Part shown: piece after piece, positions 13,017 to 24,221 of the stretch
How the letters are laid out: each line of letters starts with the position of its first letter
Position numbering within the stretch: the stretch's first letter is position 1
Assembly: GCA_048772705.1 (NCBI GenBank)
Contig: JBLWGC010000208.1
Location: 248,001 to 312,000 of the forward strand
DNA length: 64,000 nt
Source of the DNA: Leidyana gryllorum EB-2025a
Lineage: Eukaryota; Protista; Apicomplexa
Direction of reading: 5' to 3'
The notes under the pieces: model-generated
Database searches by the model: none
The model's input: the letters and a program-made list of their open reading frames with translations, nothing else
Told to the model about the DNA's origin: nothing
Made by a program: the position numbers and the translations under genes

Positions 13017-14521
13017 ATGGAGCAGGAGGACATTCGTGCCCTTGTCTCTCAACTACATCGCAAGAACTCGGATCTCCTCCGCACGCTCTACAGGAAGCAG
13101 ACTATCTTGGAAAATGCGCAAGCGGCTCTTTCCTCGTCAGCGGCAGCTGAGGGTCTGGTGCCTTACCCCGAATACGAAGGAAGAGTGGCCAAGGACTCCG
13201 AGAAGGAAAGATTAGCTCTAGCACGTCTCAAACGCCGACTGTATAGGATTCGAAGTAGACCGAAAGTCGACCACGATGTCATCAAACCACCCACGGGCTC
13301 CTTGGAGCCTCCGCCATCTCCTGCCTTTGCTATCGTCGCCGAAGTCGGCAAACTCATGCGCCCGCCGGGATCCTACCTTACAGACGTCATCTACTGCGAC
13401 TGCGAAAACTGCCTCCGGTCCATAGAGGAGGAGTTGAACGCAGATCGACTGTGGATAATGGGCCAGAAAGCCCGAGCGGCCTCCATCAATCGTCCAGAAT
13501 GCTTACTCGTCCTCCCAGCGCACTCCAGTGCCCTCAAACTCCGTAGTCTCAAACTTCGAGTTCCGAAAGGAGCCACCTACATGTCCAAGGCGCTGAGAGC
13601 CACCGCTCCTGCACAGCGCAGACAATTCCAAGAATGCGCAGTCGAAGACGCAGACAAAGACGAAGACCCCGCCTGGATCGAGATTGAGAGGGAAATAGAA
13701 AGGGTGGAGCGGGAAATTCGATCTCAAGTCGGCTCTGCTGACTGGAATGCTGAGGTACTGGCCACTTGATGTCTCACGAATATGGCTCCTGCAGGTAGTA
13801 GTGATCGTGACATCCCTCCAAGTCGCCTTCACATCCTATGCGACTTGTTTCCGCCTCCTCCGATTCCTGGAGGCGAAAGGTGTTGACCACTTTGCGATAG
13901 ATATCAACTCTGATACTGGCACAGGTGAGACCTATTTCTTCAACAAGACAACGATCTTTACATCACCCTAACAGATTCTTTGGACTATCGTCTGGTACGC
14001 AAATGGCTGGAGGCAGGGCGAATTCATCAAGACCCACGGAAGGTTGCAAGCAAGGTCAAAATGACAGCTTTGGCTCCGCAAGTGCTGGTCGATGGCGTAC
14101 CGTTGGGTACTTTTGAGGAAATTCTGACTATGGAGGACGAAGGAGATCTGGGTGAGATGCAGACCTCCCATTCGACCACTCCTTTGTCTCCTGCCCTGCA
14201 GATTATGTTTTGTCACGGAAAGCGTGTCCAAACTGCTTGTGCAATCGCAAACCGGGCGCTGATGATTGTTGGAAATGTGGGGCATCCTTCGCCCCATTGA
14301 TCTGTCGCGACTGGCTGACCAGCGAGGAGATCACCATTCTTCTACAGGCTAATGAGATCAACAGTTCGCGAATCAAAGCCCCCTCACCTCGCGACTTTGA
14401 GCGGCGCCGTCGCCATCTAGGCTTGGCCCGCATTGATGAGGACATTGCCGCTTGGTTCACCCCTGATCGCATGGCCAAGTTTGGAATTCCGAGTATTGGG
14501 TTCATGGTTGACTTTGATTGA
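13017..14521 (+). CDS. Glutaredoxin-like (GRXCR/SH3BGR-type) protein with an N-terminal helical region and C-terminal CxxC..CxxC (4 exons)
   Basis: Introns 13755-13794, 13925-13974 and 14152-14201 join the ORFs in frame: VVVIVTSLQ...TCFRLLRFLEAKGVDHFAIDI...APQVLVDGVPLGTFEEI...CPNC...CWKC. Confidence 0.7.
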
Positions 14522-14554
14522 GCTCAAGGAAAGTGTTCGAATGTGTGTGCGCTG

Positions 14555-15996
14555 ATGTCTCTGATGCTCCGTTTATGGTTCCCTCTCATGGTGCTATTCC
14601 CCATTTGGACTTCTTGCCATTCGGATCAGCACCAACCAGTTCCTGGGCATTTACGATTCCCAGCCGCTCCTGTGTGCCCATTCAAATCCACTTCACACGC
14701 TCGGTTCTATGATGCCGAACGAAATCTGTGCGTCCAGCTGGTGGAAGATGACCGAGTCGCCCCACTGTCAGCGCCTTGTCCGCCTGGATCGGGCAGACGG
14801 CAGGACGAGTTTTTATGTCGGGGTGAAATCATAACTGCGTGGGAAATCAAGTGTCGACATTCTTCTGATACACTCCCTACTCGCCCCTTTTACGCTAACC
14901 AGGACTACCAGTGCATCAAATCCTTGGTATACGTCCCAAGACCGAAACGTTGTCCTGAGGGTTTCGTCTTGAAGAAACTCGTGGATCGATGGGGAACAGC
15001 GATAGGAAAGCGTGGTACCCTGTGTGTTTCCATAGCCTCTCGCCCAGCAGACATAGTTGAGATTGATCCAATCACACTGGAATCCTGCAGGATGGTTCCT
15101 TACGTGCCCGGTCACGACGAGTTGATAGAATACGAAGAGAACACCTTTATTCCGGGCGGAGATCTCAGCTCACCTGAAAAGCACAAGCAGGTTTGTGCTC
15201 GAGTTTCCACCAACAAAGTCGTCCGTTGTCCATACGAAGGTCAATTGGTGCAAAAGGATGACAAGAGCTGGGAATGTGTGACAAGAGTACATGTTGGGGC
15301 AGAGCACGATCCTACAGGGTGCAAGAAGAAGTTCTGGTGGAGCTCAGAATTCCAGATGTGCGTCTTTTTGGAAGGTTATGCTCCTCCTCGCACGTGCCCC
15401 AACGGCGCAGACAAGCCCCCTGTCCGGCACAGCGGGGTTACGCGACGGAACCGCTTGGCTCCCAGATACTATGGAGACGAAGCCAACCCCGGCCGATGCG
15501 TGATCGACTCGGCATTACCCGATAATCCGTACTGTCCTGAAGGATACTGGTTACAAATGTACAGACCCAAAGACAAAGGGTTGCCTCAGTGTATACGGGA
15601 ATACACCACCAAGCCGACGTATACTTGCGAGTCCGTGAAAGACTCAATAATGGAGTAAGTTGAGACCTATCACGAGCACGGTCATACACATACACCTTCA
15701 TCAGAGATGATCCAGTGACAAGCAAACCCGTCTGCGTCGTGCGGTGGGATGAGTCTCTGTACATTGCCGGGCCCGCATTGCCATCAAAGAGACAGAAGAA
15801 GGACACGTGGGCTTTGCTTAAGAAACCTGTGGCAACACCAGCTGACATTATATGGGCATACGAAAACAGCGAGCAGTTGCACTCAGAAGCCGAGTTTGCC
15901 TCCACAGCCGAAGTTGCATGGGAAGAAACAATGCAGGCCGCTCTGGAGTTCTTGACACCAGTTGGGGCAAGCAACTTGACTGCAGTCACGAGCTAA
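14555..15996 (+). CDS. Secreted cysteine-rich protein, oocyst wall protein (COWP/OWP)-like (2 exons)
   Basis: Hydrophobic N-terminal signal and periodic CP.G(Y/F)...C modules (CPPGS, CPEGFVL, CPYEG, CPNG, CPEGYWL). Intron at 15655-15704. Confidence 0.65.
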
Positions 15997-16021
15997 GACC
16001 TTTTTCTAAATTTGGAGGAGG

Positions 16022-18870
16022 ATGTCCACATGCCCCAAAGAGGAGTTGGTGGAGGAGCAGCCCGGAACGGTCATTAGTAATGTCACTAACGATGTTCTCG
16101 ATGCTCTCTCATCGCGCCTCTTGAGTGCAATCATAGAAAAGAGCAGTCTTAGCTTCATTGAGGAGAACCACCTTAGGGACCTCTCAGCGGGCCTCGATGC
16201 CCTACAGCGGGAGATTGAAAACAGTCTGCCGCGCAAAGCTTCAACAGCGGCCCCTTCCAACCCATGCTCCACTTTGTGCGCGGACCTATCAACTCCTGCC
16301 TCATCGTTACCGGATGCCACAGATGGAACAAATCCGGGGAAACGTTCAGCCCCTCCTTCCCCCAGCCCCGCTGAGACTCTTACCCCCTGGTCTTATGATT
16401 GGTCTCAAGGTATCGAAGCCTTTGCGTACTCATCATGATTTTCTGTTCTCTGATTAGGTGGTGACATAGCTGTAGACAGCATATGCCGTCTATTGGAGCT
16501 GCTGATGCGGGCCATTCAGCTAGTTATTGGCACTACCACTCTGGAATGGCCCTCGCGAGGTGTTCACCTGGCAACAAGTGGTTCGATTGGGATTCGTTTG
16601 GGAGCTATTGAGGTGTTGAGAGGGGTCTTACGAATTTATGGATGGCTATCTCCAATCTTGGCCAAACTATTGGAAGGTTATCGAGCAACCAGACCCCCGC
16701 AGAAGAAGATCAAGCGGGAGCCGCAAGAACGATATGCTGACCGTGGGCGTGTAAGTCTACAGGATCTACGACCTCCGTCCACGAGTAAAGGAGTTTTCGA
16801 CAATGCTAACTTCCAAATCGTTCGCTGCCTTCACAACTTGTTCATGTGCGTAGGAGAAGCAGCCACCAACCACTTGGTGTTCTTCGTTGATGACTGGTCA
16901 GCGTTCGTTCGCCGTGAGGCCTTCGACGCACTCAAAGTAATATGGACCCCAATGGAGCTTCTGCATGAAACTGCCTCGTGGGAACTCGATGTCAGTTCTG
17001 CTTGGCCGTCTCCGCTGAAGCAGTGGAAGTGGCTCAGAACGGCCATCGAGCGGTTATCGGGCCCAACCGCCCTTGAAGTTACGGATGAATGGGAGACATT
17101 TATACCTCCCGCTCAATCATCAAGACATGAGCGGTTCAACCATTCTCTGGTGATGCAGAGGCGACTCGACGCTGAAGCAATGCCTCTCGAATCTGCTGCG
17201 ACTCTGGTGGATACGGGAAAATTCTGTCAAAACTCAACTCTGGGTCCTCATACTATACATGGGCACATGAAGTGCCTTGTAAGCAATGTCAGCGTACTTG
17301 CAGGAAGTACCAATCAACCTGGGTGAGACATTCCTCGATATTTCCAGCAAACTTGACGAATGATTGTTCAGCTGGCTGATCCGTGGGCTGGAAGATCCTG
17401 ATCCGGATTCTCGGTTTAGTGCTGCCCAATTCCTCAAATGTGTTTTTTCTCACGACCGTCACTCCTTGGCCAGTAAGTATCCACCACTTCAGCTCTGTGA
17501 CAGCATTGTTCTTTCTGCGCAGCGAAAGAGAAGTTCAATCTGCCAGTGATGGATCTGTTGTACGATGCATCCGACGGGGTGCGTGAGGCCATCACGGAGG
17601 TGAGTTCTTTACGTTGTTCAGTAGAGCTGTTGGATCCTTGTTGTGGTATCGTGGCCTTGTTGATCAAATCAATCTGTTTCTAAATTCCTCTTGTCGTTTC
17701 CAGGCCTCAATTCTATTGGCTAAGCAACAACCATTCAAAGACGGAGCTTTCAAGCGTTTCGAAATGCTGATCCACACACAACGGCGGAATCTCCGAACGA
17801 CCGCCTTCTGGTTATTGGGCAAATGCCCCGCCTTGAACATAAACGCTATAAAAGAAGGGTTCAAGGCCCTTCTCAATGCAGCAGAGCAATGTGCCACTGA
17901 TAGTGTCGCGGGTGTGGACTCATTGTACGACGTGATCAAGACAATGGTCGCACTGGTGGAAACTAATTCAGACAAAGTTATTGATTTAATGTCTGTGGCT
18001 ACAGAGTCTTTGCGAATCCGGTAAGGGTGTTGTTGTGACGGTGGAGCATTTTGCAACAGGTTTGCGGAGGAATCTTCAATGTCACCCGAATGCCCTCGCT
18101 TTCTTGCATTCGCTGCCTATGCAGCAGCTCTGGTAGAGCATTGTTCCGGTACTGCTCTAACAGGTCTCCCGATTTCGCTAATATTCTGGCACGGAGAACT
18201 CCGACGGAGATACCCGGAGCTGTTTCACCGAGACTTGCTGATAATTCCACAGCAAGACATTGCTATGGAACTGGGCATCAGGAACCCGCCTCTTTCCTTG
18301 ACAGCGTTCTCGATGCGTCAGAGTGGAACATCCACAAACTTTGATGTTACTCGCCGATTTGTTGAATTGCGACGCGAGGGTTTAGTGATGATAAGACCGC
18401 GCGGCGGCGAAGCAGTGGCGACAAAAATGGACGAAGATGAGGACAACATGGCTGACGATGGCATTGACTGGATCACAATTGACGCTAACCCGAATCCCAA
18501 TGAAGATGAAGATCAGGTATTTGTTGCACTGCTGGGATGGCAATCAGCGAAGGACTCCACACTGCCCCCCGCGACCGCCAAGATGGTGAGCAGCGGCCGG
18601 TTGCCCGACCACGATACCACTGGCAATATTGCCTCGACGCGTTTGAGACATCTCGAGGGCCCCCACTGGGAGTTGCGGGTTTTGCAAGAGGCAGGAACGA
18701 CGTACAGTTGCATTGAGATTCCCGCTGGTATGAGGACAGTGGAAGGCAATCTGACAGGGAAGGTGCTTCTGCGACCGTGGGAGTCCAACTGTGTTCCGCC
18801 TGGGGCAAAGTTTGAAGGATGCTTCTACAAGCCGATAGCAATCACCCTCGTTGAAACTGAGAAGTCTTGA
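16022..18870 (+). CDS. HEAT-repeat protein, Integrator complex subunit 4-like (multi-exon)
   Basis: The spliced product has GWLIRGLEDPDPDSRFSAAQFL, VMDLLYDASDGVREAI, LRTTAFWLLGKC and ELRRRYPELF. These are colinear with recalled INTS4 motifs, and the C-terminus is beta-rich. Confidence 0.6.
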
Positions 18871-18871
18871 C

Positions 18872-19895
18872 TTAGCTTTCAATGTCCTCCAAGTCGACAT
18901 CGTCGTCGAATAAGGCCTCGTCTTTCCAGAACACTTGATCTTTGGCCGCAGAGCTCGACGGAGGCTCCTCGAGATTGCTTGTGGTTGTGCCAGCGGCACC
19001 TTCCAAGCCGCGAGCTCGGAGGAATATATCCTTCCCTGTAGGTCGTGAGTCTATGAGGTCTTCATCTTTCCATATGCCAGCAGTGATCATCTCAAACCGG
19101 AAAGCGTGTCTCCATTTCTGGAACTGTTCCTCTGTCACTCGATGATCCTCGGCCACCAGATCTTTATCTGCGAGACGGCCAGCGCTGCTGTGGCTAGAAA
19201 CGGAATCGTCATCGTCGTCTTCGTCGCTTCCATAATCATCACGGAGACCGCCCCCAGGGCCTGTACAGGGGCTCCCGCCGGTCTGGTTCTTGGCAACTGT
19301 GTCGAAGAGAGAGCGCAGGGGCTCGTTATTCGCTTGCAGCCATTCCTATATGCAAAAAGTGACCGGGGGCTCAGAGGGGATGCCCCTGCTGCTTACTGTT
19401 ATCCGGGAGTAAAGGTCGAAGAGCACCTCAAACCCCGCGTTAGACGAGAGAGTGTCTTCAATAATCGCCTTGATGGCATTTTCCCGTGCACCATCAATGT
19501 TTTTCTCTGTGGACAGCAGAAAGTATATCATCGACGAGGCATTATTGAATCGGAGAAACTGCACGGGCGTGGAGGAGTGAATGGATGGATACGTCTGTCT
19601 GTCTGTCCGTCCGTCAGTCCGTCGGTCAGTCCAGTGGTGATGTTTTGCAGTGATAGGGGTTTTGTAGCTTACTCGATGTTATGAATACCTCGACTGGCGC
19701 CTCAGCAGGGTATTCGGGTGGGACAGAGAGTCTGAGGCCAATGGCGACTTGATTTTCGGTAGAGTCCATTGGAAGGCCTGGGGAGGGCAGGAGGAATATG
19801 TTGACATCGGTCCCATTGACTTGAATATCGGTGTCTGTGAATATGGACTGGAGGGCTTCGACTTCGTCAGCCTGATGTTGAAGGAGGGACGTCAT
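18872..19895 (-). CDS. RWD-domain protein (RWDD1/Gir2/DFRP2, partner of DRG GTPases), spliced
   Basis: Motifs QADEVEALQSIF, PPEYPAEAP, SMIYFL, VTEEQFQKWRHAF, RPTGKDIF and an acidic DEALFDDD tail. Confidence 0.85.
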
Positions 19896-19959
19896 CCTGA
19901 GGGCTTATTGGGGGCAAAAATTTCCGGAATTGATAGTTTGGTGATCTACAGTGAAGATA

Positions 19960-21477
19960 ATGGCGAATGCAGGGCGAGTGATAATGGTCATCGCAGAATT
20001 CGTTCTGTGGATGGCAAGCATTGGCATCGGCGCTAGGCTTGGCGGGATGTGCATAGGTTTCATGGGAGGTCTGGGTGTCGGAATATTGGTGTTTGGCTTT
20101 CAGGAGCCGGTTGGTACGATCCCTTTCGACGTGCTCCAGATCCTGATGGCTGTGGTATGTGCTACGGCGGCTCTTGAGACGGCGGGCGGTCTTAACGTAT
20201 TAGTGGACTGGTGCCGGAAATTGTTGCAGAGGCACCCGAAATGGATTACACTTGTGGCTCCCTTGGTGACGTGGATAATGACAGTCGCTAGCGGCACGGG
20301 ATACGTCTTTCTGGCACTGATGCCTGTGGTGGCGGAGGTGTCGAGGACATCTGGCGTCCGGCCTTCCAAGCCTTTGGCGGTGTCAGTCTTAGCTTCAATG
20401 TATGGAGTGATCGCGTCGCCTATCTCTGCGGCTATTGTGTATATGGCTGAACTGTTTGAAGAGTTTGACCGTCCGGTATCGTACGCCGACTTGCTGATAA
20501 TTATGATACCTTCGACACTGATTGGATTGATAGTCACGTCCGTCTGTACAATGAAAATTGGCAGCGACACGGCCTGGGCCGCAAATGTAGCCACAGGCGA
20601 TAAGGAAGCCCCCATCGATTCGCCTCTGCTCAAATCGCATTCGGCGGTGTTGAATTCGCTGAGATCTCACTCCCTCAACATCGACGATAAAGTCCCCTAC
20701 CAGAGTAATGGAGGTATCGCTGACCTCGAAGGACAGCGAGCGATTGGCACCCCGACGACAGAGCCTCGGACGAGTTTGGCCCCCTCCCTTGGCGGAGAGG
20801 GGACCACTACCAGCGGGGAAGTGTTGGTCACTCACAATGATCGTCGCGCTGTGTACGCGGTGATCATCTTCTTCTTTTCGATTGTGGTGTCCATTGTGAT
20901 CTCTATTCTATCTGCGAGCATAGACCTGAAAGCGGGGGCAGCGGATGCGATTATTATCTCTCTGTTTGCCGGAGCTGCCGCCATTGTGTGGATTTCGGGC
21001 GCGGATGCGGCTCAGATACCGAGAACTAGTGTGTTTGCGAGTGGTATGACTGCGGCAATGTGTATTTTGGGAGTGGCGTGGATGGGTGGTACCTTTATGG
21101 GTGCTCATATGAAAGATATCAATGGGCTGACAGGTGACCTACTCACATCGCAACCTTGGGTTCTCATGGTGCTCGTCTGGTTGTTCGCCAGTCTACTCTT
21201 TGGACAGGCTGCCACCTGCCGGGCCATGTTGCCCCCGGCGATGGCACTTAACCTCGGCACCTATTACGCCCTCCTCTGTTTCGCCTGTTCCGCAACTCTG
21301 TGGCTGCTCTCGAGCGCCCCAGCAATCATCGCTGCCGCACAGATGGACACAACCGGATCCTTCAGACTGGGCAAATACCTCATCGACCACTCATGTGCCC
21401 TCCCCGGTCTGATTTTCTCCGCCACCACCATTGCCACCACCGCTGGGATCGGATACTTTGTCATTGGCACAGATTGA
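19960..21477 (+). CDS. Anaerobic C4-dicarboxylate transporter, DcuA/DcuB family (bacterial type, intronless)
   Basis: Motifs IGARLGGMCIGFMGGLGV, AALETAGGL, HPKWITLVAP, GTG...PVVAEVS...RPSKPL, ASPISAA, GMTAAMCILGVAWMGGTF, QAAT and QMDTTGSFRLGKYLIDH, with about 10-12 hydrophobic segments. Confidence 0.9.
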   Translation: MANAGRVIMVIAEFVLWMASIGIGARLGGMCIGFMGGLGVGILVFGFQEPVGTIPFDVLQILMAVVCATAALETAGGLNVLVDWCRKLLQRHPKWITLVAPLVTWIMTVASGTGYVFLALMPVVAEVSRTSGVRPSKPLAVSVLASMYGVIASPISAAIVYMAELFEEFDRPVSYADLLIIMIPSTLIGLIVTSVCTMKIGSDTAWAANVATGDKEAPIDSPLLKSHSAVLNSLRSHSLNIDDKVPYQSNGGIADLEGQRAIGTPTTEPRTSLAPSLGGEGTTTSGEVLVTHNDRRAVYAVIIFFFSIVVSIVISILSASIDLKAGAADAIIISLFAGAAAIVWISGADAAQIPRTSVFASGMTAAMCILGVAWMGGTFMGAHMKDINGLTGDLLTSQPWVLMVLVWLFASLLFGQAATCRAMLPPAMALNLGTYYALLCFACSATLWLLSSAPAIIAAAQMDTTGSFRLGKYLIDHSCALPGLIFSATTIATTAGIGYFVIGTD

Positions 21478-21509
21478 TCGATTGATCACTCCGTCTGGAG
21501 GAGAGAGAA

Positions 21510-21570
21510 ATCTGTCTATCTCTCTCTCTTTCTGTCTGTCTGTCTGTCCGTCCATCCACCCATCCAACCC
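21510..21570. repeat. Degenerate microsatellite tract (TC / TCTG / TCCA)
   Basis: Direct read: tctgtctatctctctctctttctgtctgtctgtctgtccgtccatccacccatcc. Confidence 0.75.
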
Positions 21571-23007
21571 CTTTCATCCCATAATATCGTCAGAGCCACG
21601 CTCTCCGCCCAGCACATCCCCCGCCCTTTCCCACCATCATATTCCTTCCGAGTCGCGTTGTTCGTGAACTATCGACTACAATAGAATCGACTTCGGACCA
21701 CTGACTGACTGATCAATTGTATTGGAACGTCTCATAGCATTCGAGAATGCAAATATTGCCACCACAATCCACCCCTCCGGTACTGTTAAGCCGTTTGCGC
21801 TACTTACCTGCACTACTAACTCAAACCCTCATCCGCCCTCACTCTTTACATATATATACTTCTTCACGTTCACCGCTTTTGATGGTGTAACACAGAGGTC
21901 CTCCTGTCTGACGTACGGCGACGAGTTTCCACGTACGCAAGAAATATACTTCTTCTGGAGGCTCACTGCCCCACCACGACGATCACTTTACGTCATCTGG
22001 ACCCTAAAACTCCGCATAAAATAACCAAACCTCGCTCCTGGGACAGTCCATCACCCAAATGCTTGGATTGTTCCAAACTTTGTAGATAAGTCTCATATGC
22101 GATTGCGATTGCGAGTGCACGAGCGGTGTAATACCCCGTCTCTTTGTGTCTATAAGAGTGTGTGTGTGTGCGCGCCCCAAATGTATGTGTGTAAGGTCCG
22201 TGCCCAGGGAGGTCATTGATACTGTCTTATACCAACATCGAACGCTTATTCAATGTCACAGGTCTCGGGCCACACCATACAATGCTATGCTCCTATACGC
22301 TTCACTCAGATGCACACACTGAGTATATTTACACCAGTTGCAGTGCTATATGCACAGAAAAAGAAATTCAGCTGGAGGAGACCTGTCCAATCAGGATGTG
22401 AACGAGGCCGATCGCACGTCTTGAAATCAGTTGGATGGTCCCCGGCTGTGTGTGTGTCCATACAGCGCGGGATGCTTTGCCTGGAATGCATATGGACCAC
22501 ACTTTGGGCTTCAAGGGCGACCGGACCATATTTTGGTCTTTTCATCTTTCATCTAACTACTGTGTCCTTAGCTCATCGGTAGTTTTTCCCGGCACCTGGA
22601 CTACAAGAGGCCCCGTGCTGATCAACTCGGAGACTCGATGTTCTAATTTTCGGTTTGACGAACGGAAGGAGTCTCCAGATTCATCAAAGAATCTGACATT
22701 ACCTCACAGTGAACCCGACGACATTTGCGCATTCTGCTCTCAGAGCCTTTCTTCTAATTTTCGGTGACTGGTCGAGCGAGCTCTCCCACAATCAGAGACC
22801 GACTGCCTATATTGGGATGATGAGTCGATTGAGTGTACCGCATTTGATGGTGGTATATCAGTCAGCCCATTGGACACTGCAATTAAAGGATGTTGTTGTC
22901 CCCTCAAGTTTTCGTTCTCGTAGGCGAACTTGCGTAAGCTCTCTTGATATACCCCAAGGACCGTGTATTGGTTCCTCTGGTACTCCGTATCCCACGCCCG
23001 AAGATCT

Positions 23008-23090
23008 GGTCGGTCGGTCGGTCGGTCGATCCGCGGGCTCGTGCCCCAAAAGGGGAGAATGATTGATTGATTGACTGACTGACTGGCTGG
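23008..23090. repeat. Tetranucleotide repeats (GGTC)n and (GATT/GACT/GGCT)n
   Basis: Direct read. Confidence 0.75.
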
Positions 23091-23383
23091 CCTTGACGAC
23101 TCAAGTAGCATCTCGGGTCACTCACTCACTGTCTATGAAGCGAAGGTTGGAATTCTGTTGATCGGGAGCACAAGTTTTATGAAGGATCGCTCGTCAAACG
23201 GCACTATCTCCAGCGTCAACCCATCAATTTTGATCTGCTTCATCCTTTGACTGTGCTGCTTAGCTGAGAAATAGTTCTGTGCGCGCGTGTGTCCTTCCAA
23301 CCCATTTCCGTTTCATTATCAGCTCATACCGTTGGCTGGCGGCCGGCTGGCTGGATCGATCGATCGATATGTTTCTGTGTCAC

Positions 23384-24133
23384 TTATTGCCCGTAGCAAT
23401 GATGGATGCACCCTGGAGGGGCGGGGGTTGGTTCAGAAGATTCACGTCGCAGTTTGCTGAGCAGCCCTTCCAACTCACTGGCCCTATCTATCAAGAATGA
23501 ACACTCGTTAAGTCCTAAAGTCTTAGGCTGACCGCGATGTCCGCAATCACTGGCTGGCTGAGAGGTCGCTTCGTCGCTGCCAAGTCGAAGGTCATTCACA
23601 CCAATGGTCATTCTTCCATCTTCGAGATCCGATGCGCCGACAAAGCATGGGGGTGTCCGGCCCATAAGAGGCCCGCTGCAGGTCGATCTGAGCATATAGT
23701 TGCAGCTAGTTGCGGTGGAAGAATTACTATCGTGAGGAAGAACACTCATTTCCACCAGCGGCGGTAAGTATCTTGTGGCACCAAAAACACTTGTGTCCAT
23801 TGGTGGTTCCTGGTGGTAGCCACCTCGGCAACATATTCTGGGTAGACACCTGGCGAGGCCTAAAATCCTTTGCACACTAAAGTCTTGGATTACTCGAATT
23901 GGGTCCTCGAACCGGTAACCTTTCTCCCCTTCCAAGCCTGAGCTGCCGCCTTGGGGTCCCGCACCCTCAGGTTGTTGTTGATCAGCCGCAGTCGGCGGCA
24001 TACAACCCCAGTGAAGGATTTCTTCCACTCTCATTCCCCCCGTGTTAGGGCACAGTGCCATCAAATGCGCCATAAATCTTCCGCCAGCTGCTGTGCTGTT
24101 GCGCCACCTCGACACTCGGACAACCGCCGACAT
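23384..24133 (-). CDS. Hypothetical protein (about 250 aa)
   Basis: Long ORF with no recognised domain. The start is uncertain. Confidence 0.4.
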   Translation of the reverse strand: MSAVVRVSRWRNSTAAGGRFMAHLMALCPNTGGMRVEEILHWGCMPPTAADQQQPEGAGPQGGSSGLEGEKGYRFEDPIRVIQDFSVQRILGLARCLPRICCRGGYHQEPPMDTSVFGATRYLPPLVEMSVLPHDSNSSTATSCNYMLRSTCSGPLMGRTPPCFVGASDLEDGRMTIGVNDLRLGSDEATSQPASDCGHRGQPKTLGLNECSFLIDRASELEGLLSKLRRESSEPTPAPPGCIHHCYGQ

Positions 24134-24221
24134 TGAGAGCAGCGTCAAGTCCGAACCGACTTTTTTGAGTTTTCGACTTCCCGCCCTTTCATACCTCTCT
24201 TATTTTCGGCCACATTTCATT

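Noticed and set aside
19605-19623. 19-nt GTCCGTCCGTCAGTCCGTC also present at 36317-36335
   Set aside because: It is low-complexity (GTCN)n microsatellite sequence, so recurrence is expected without function.
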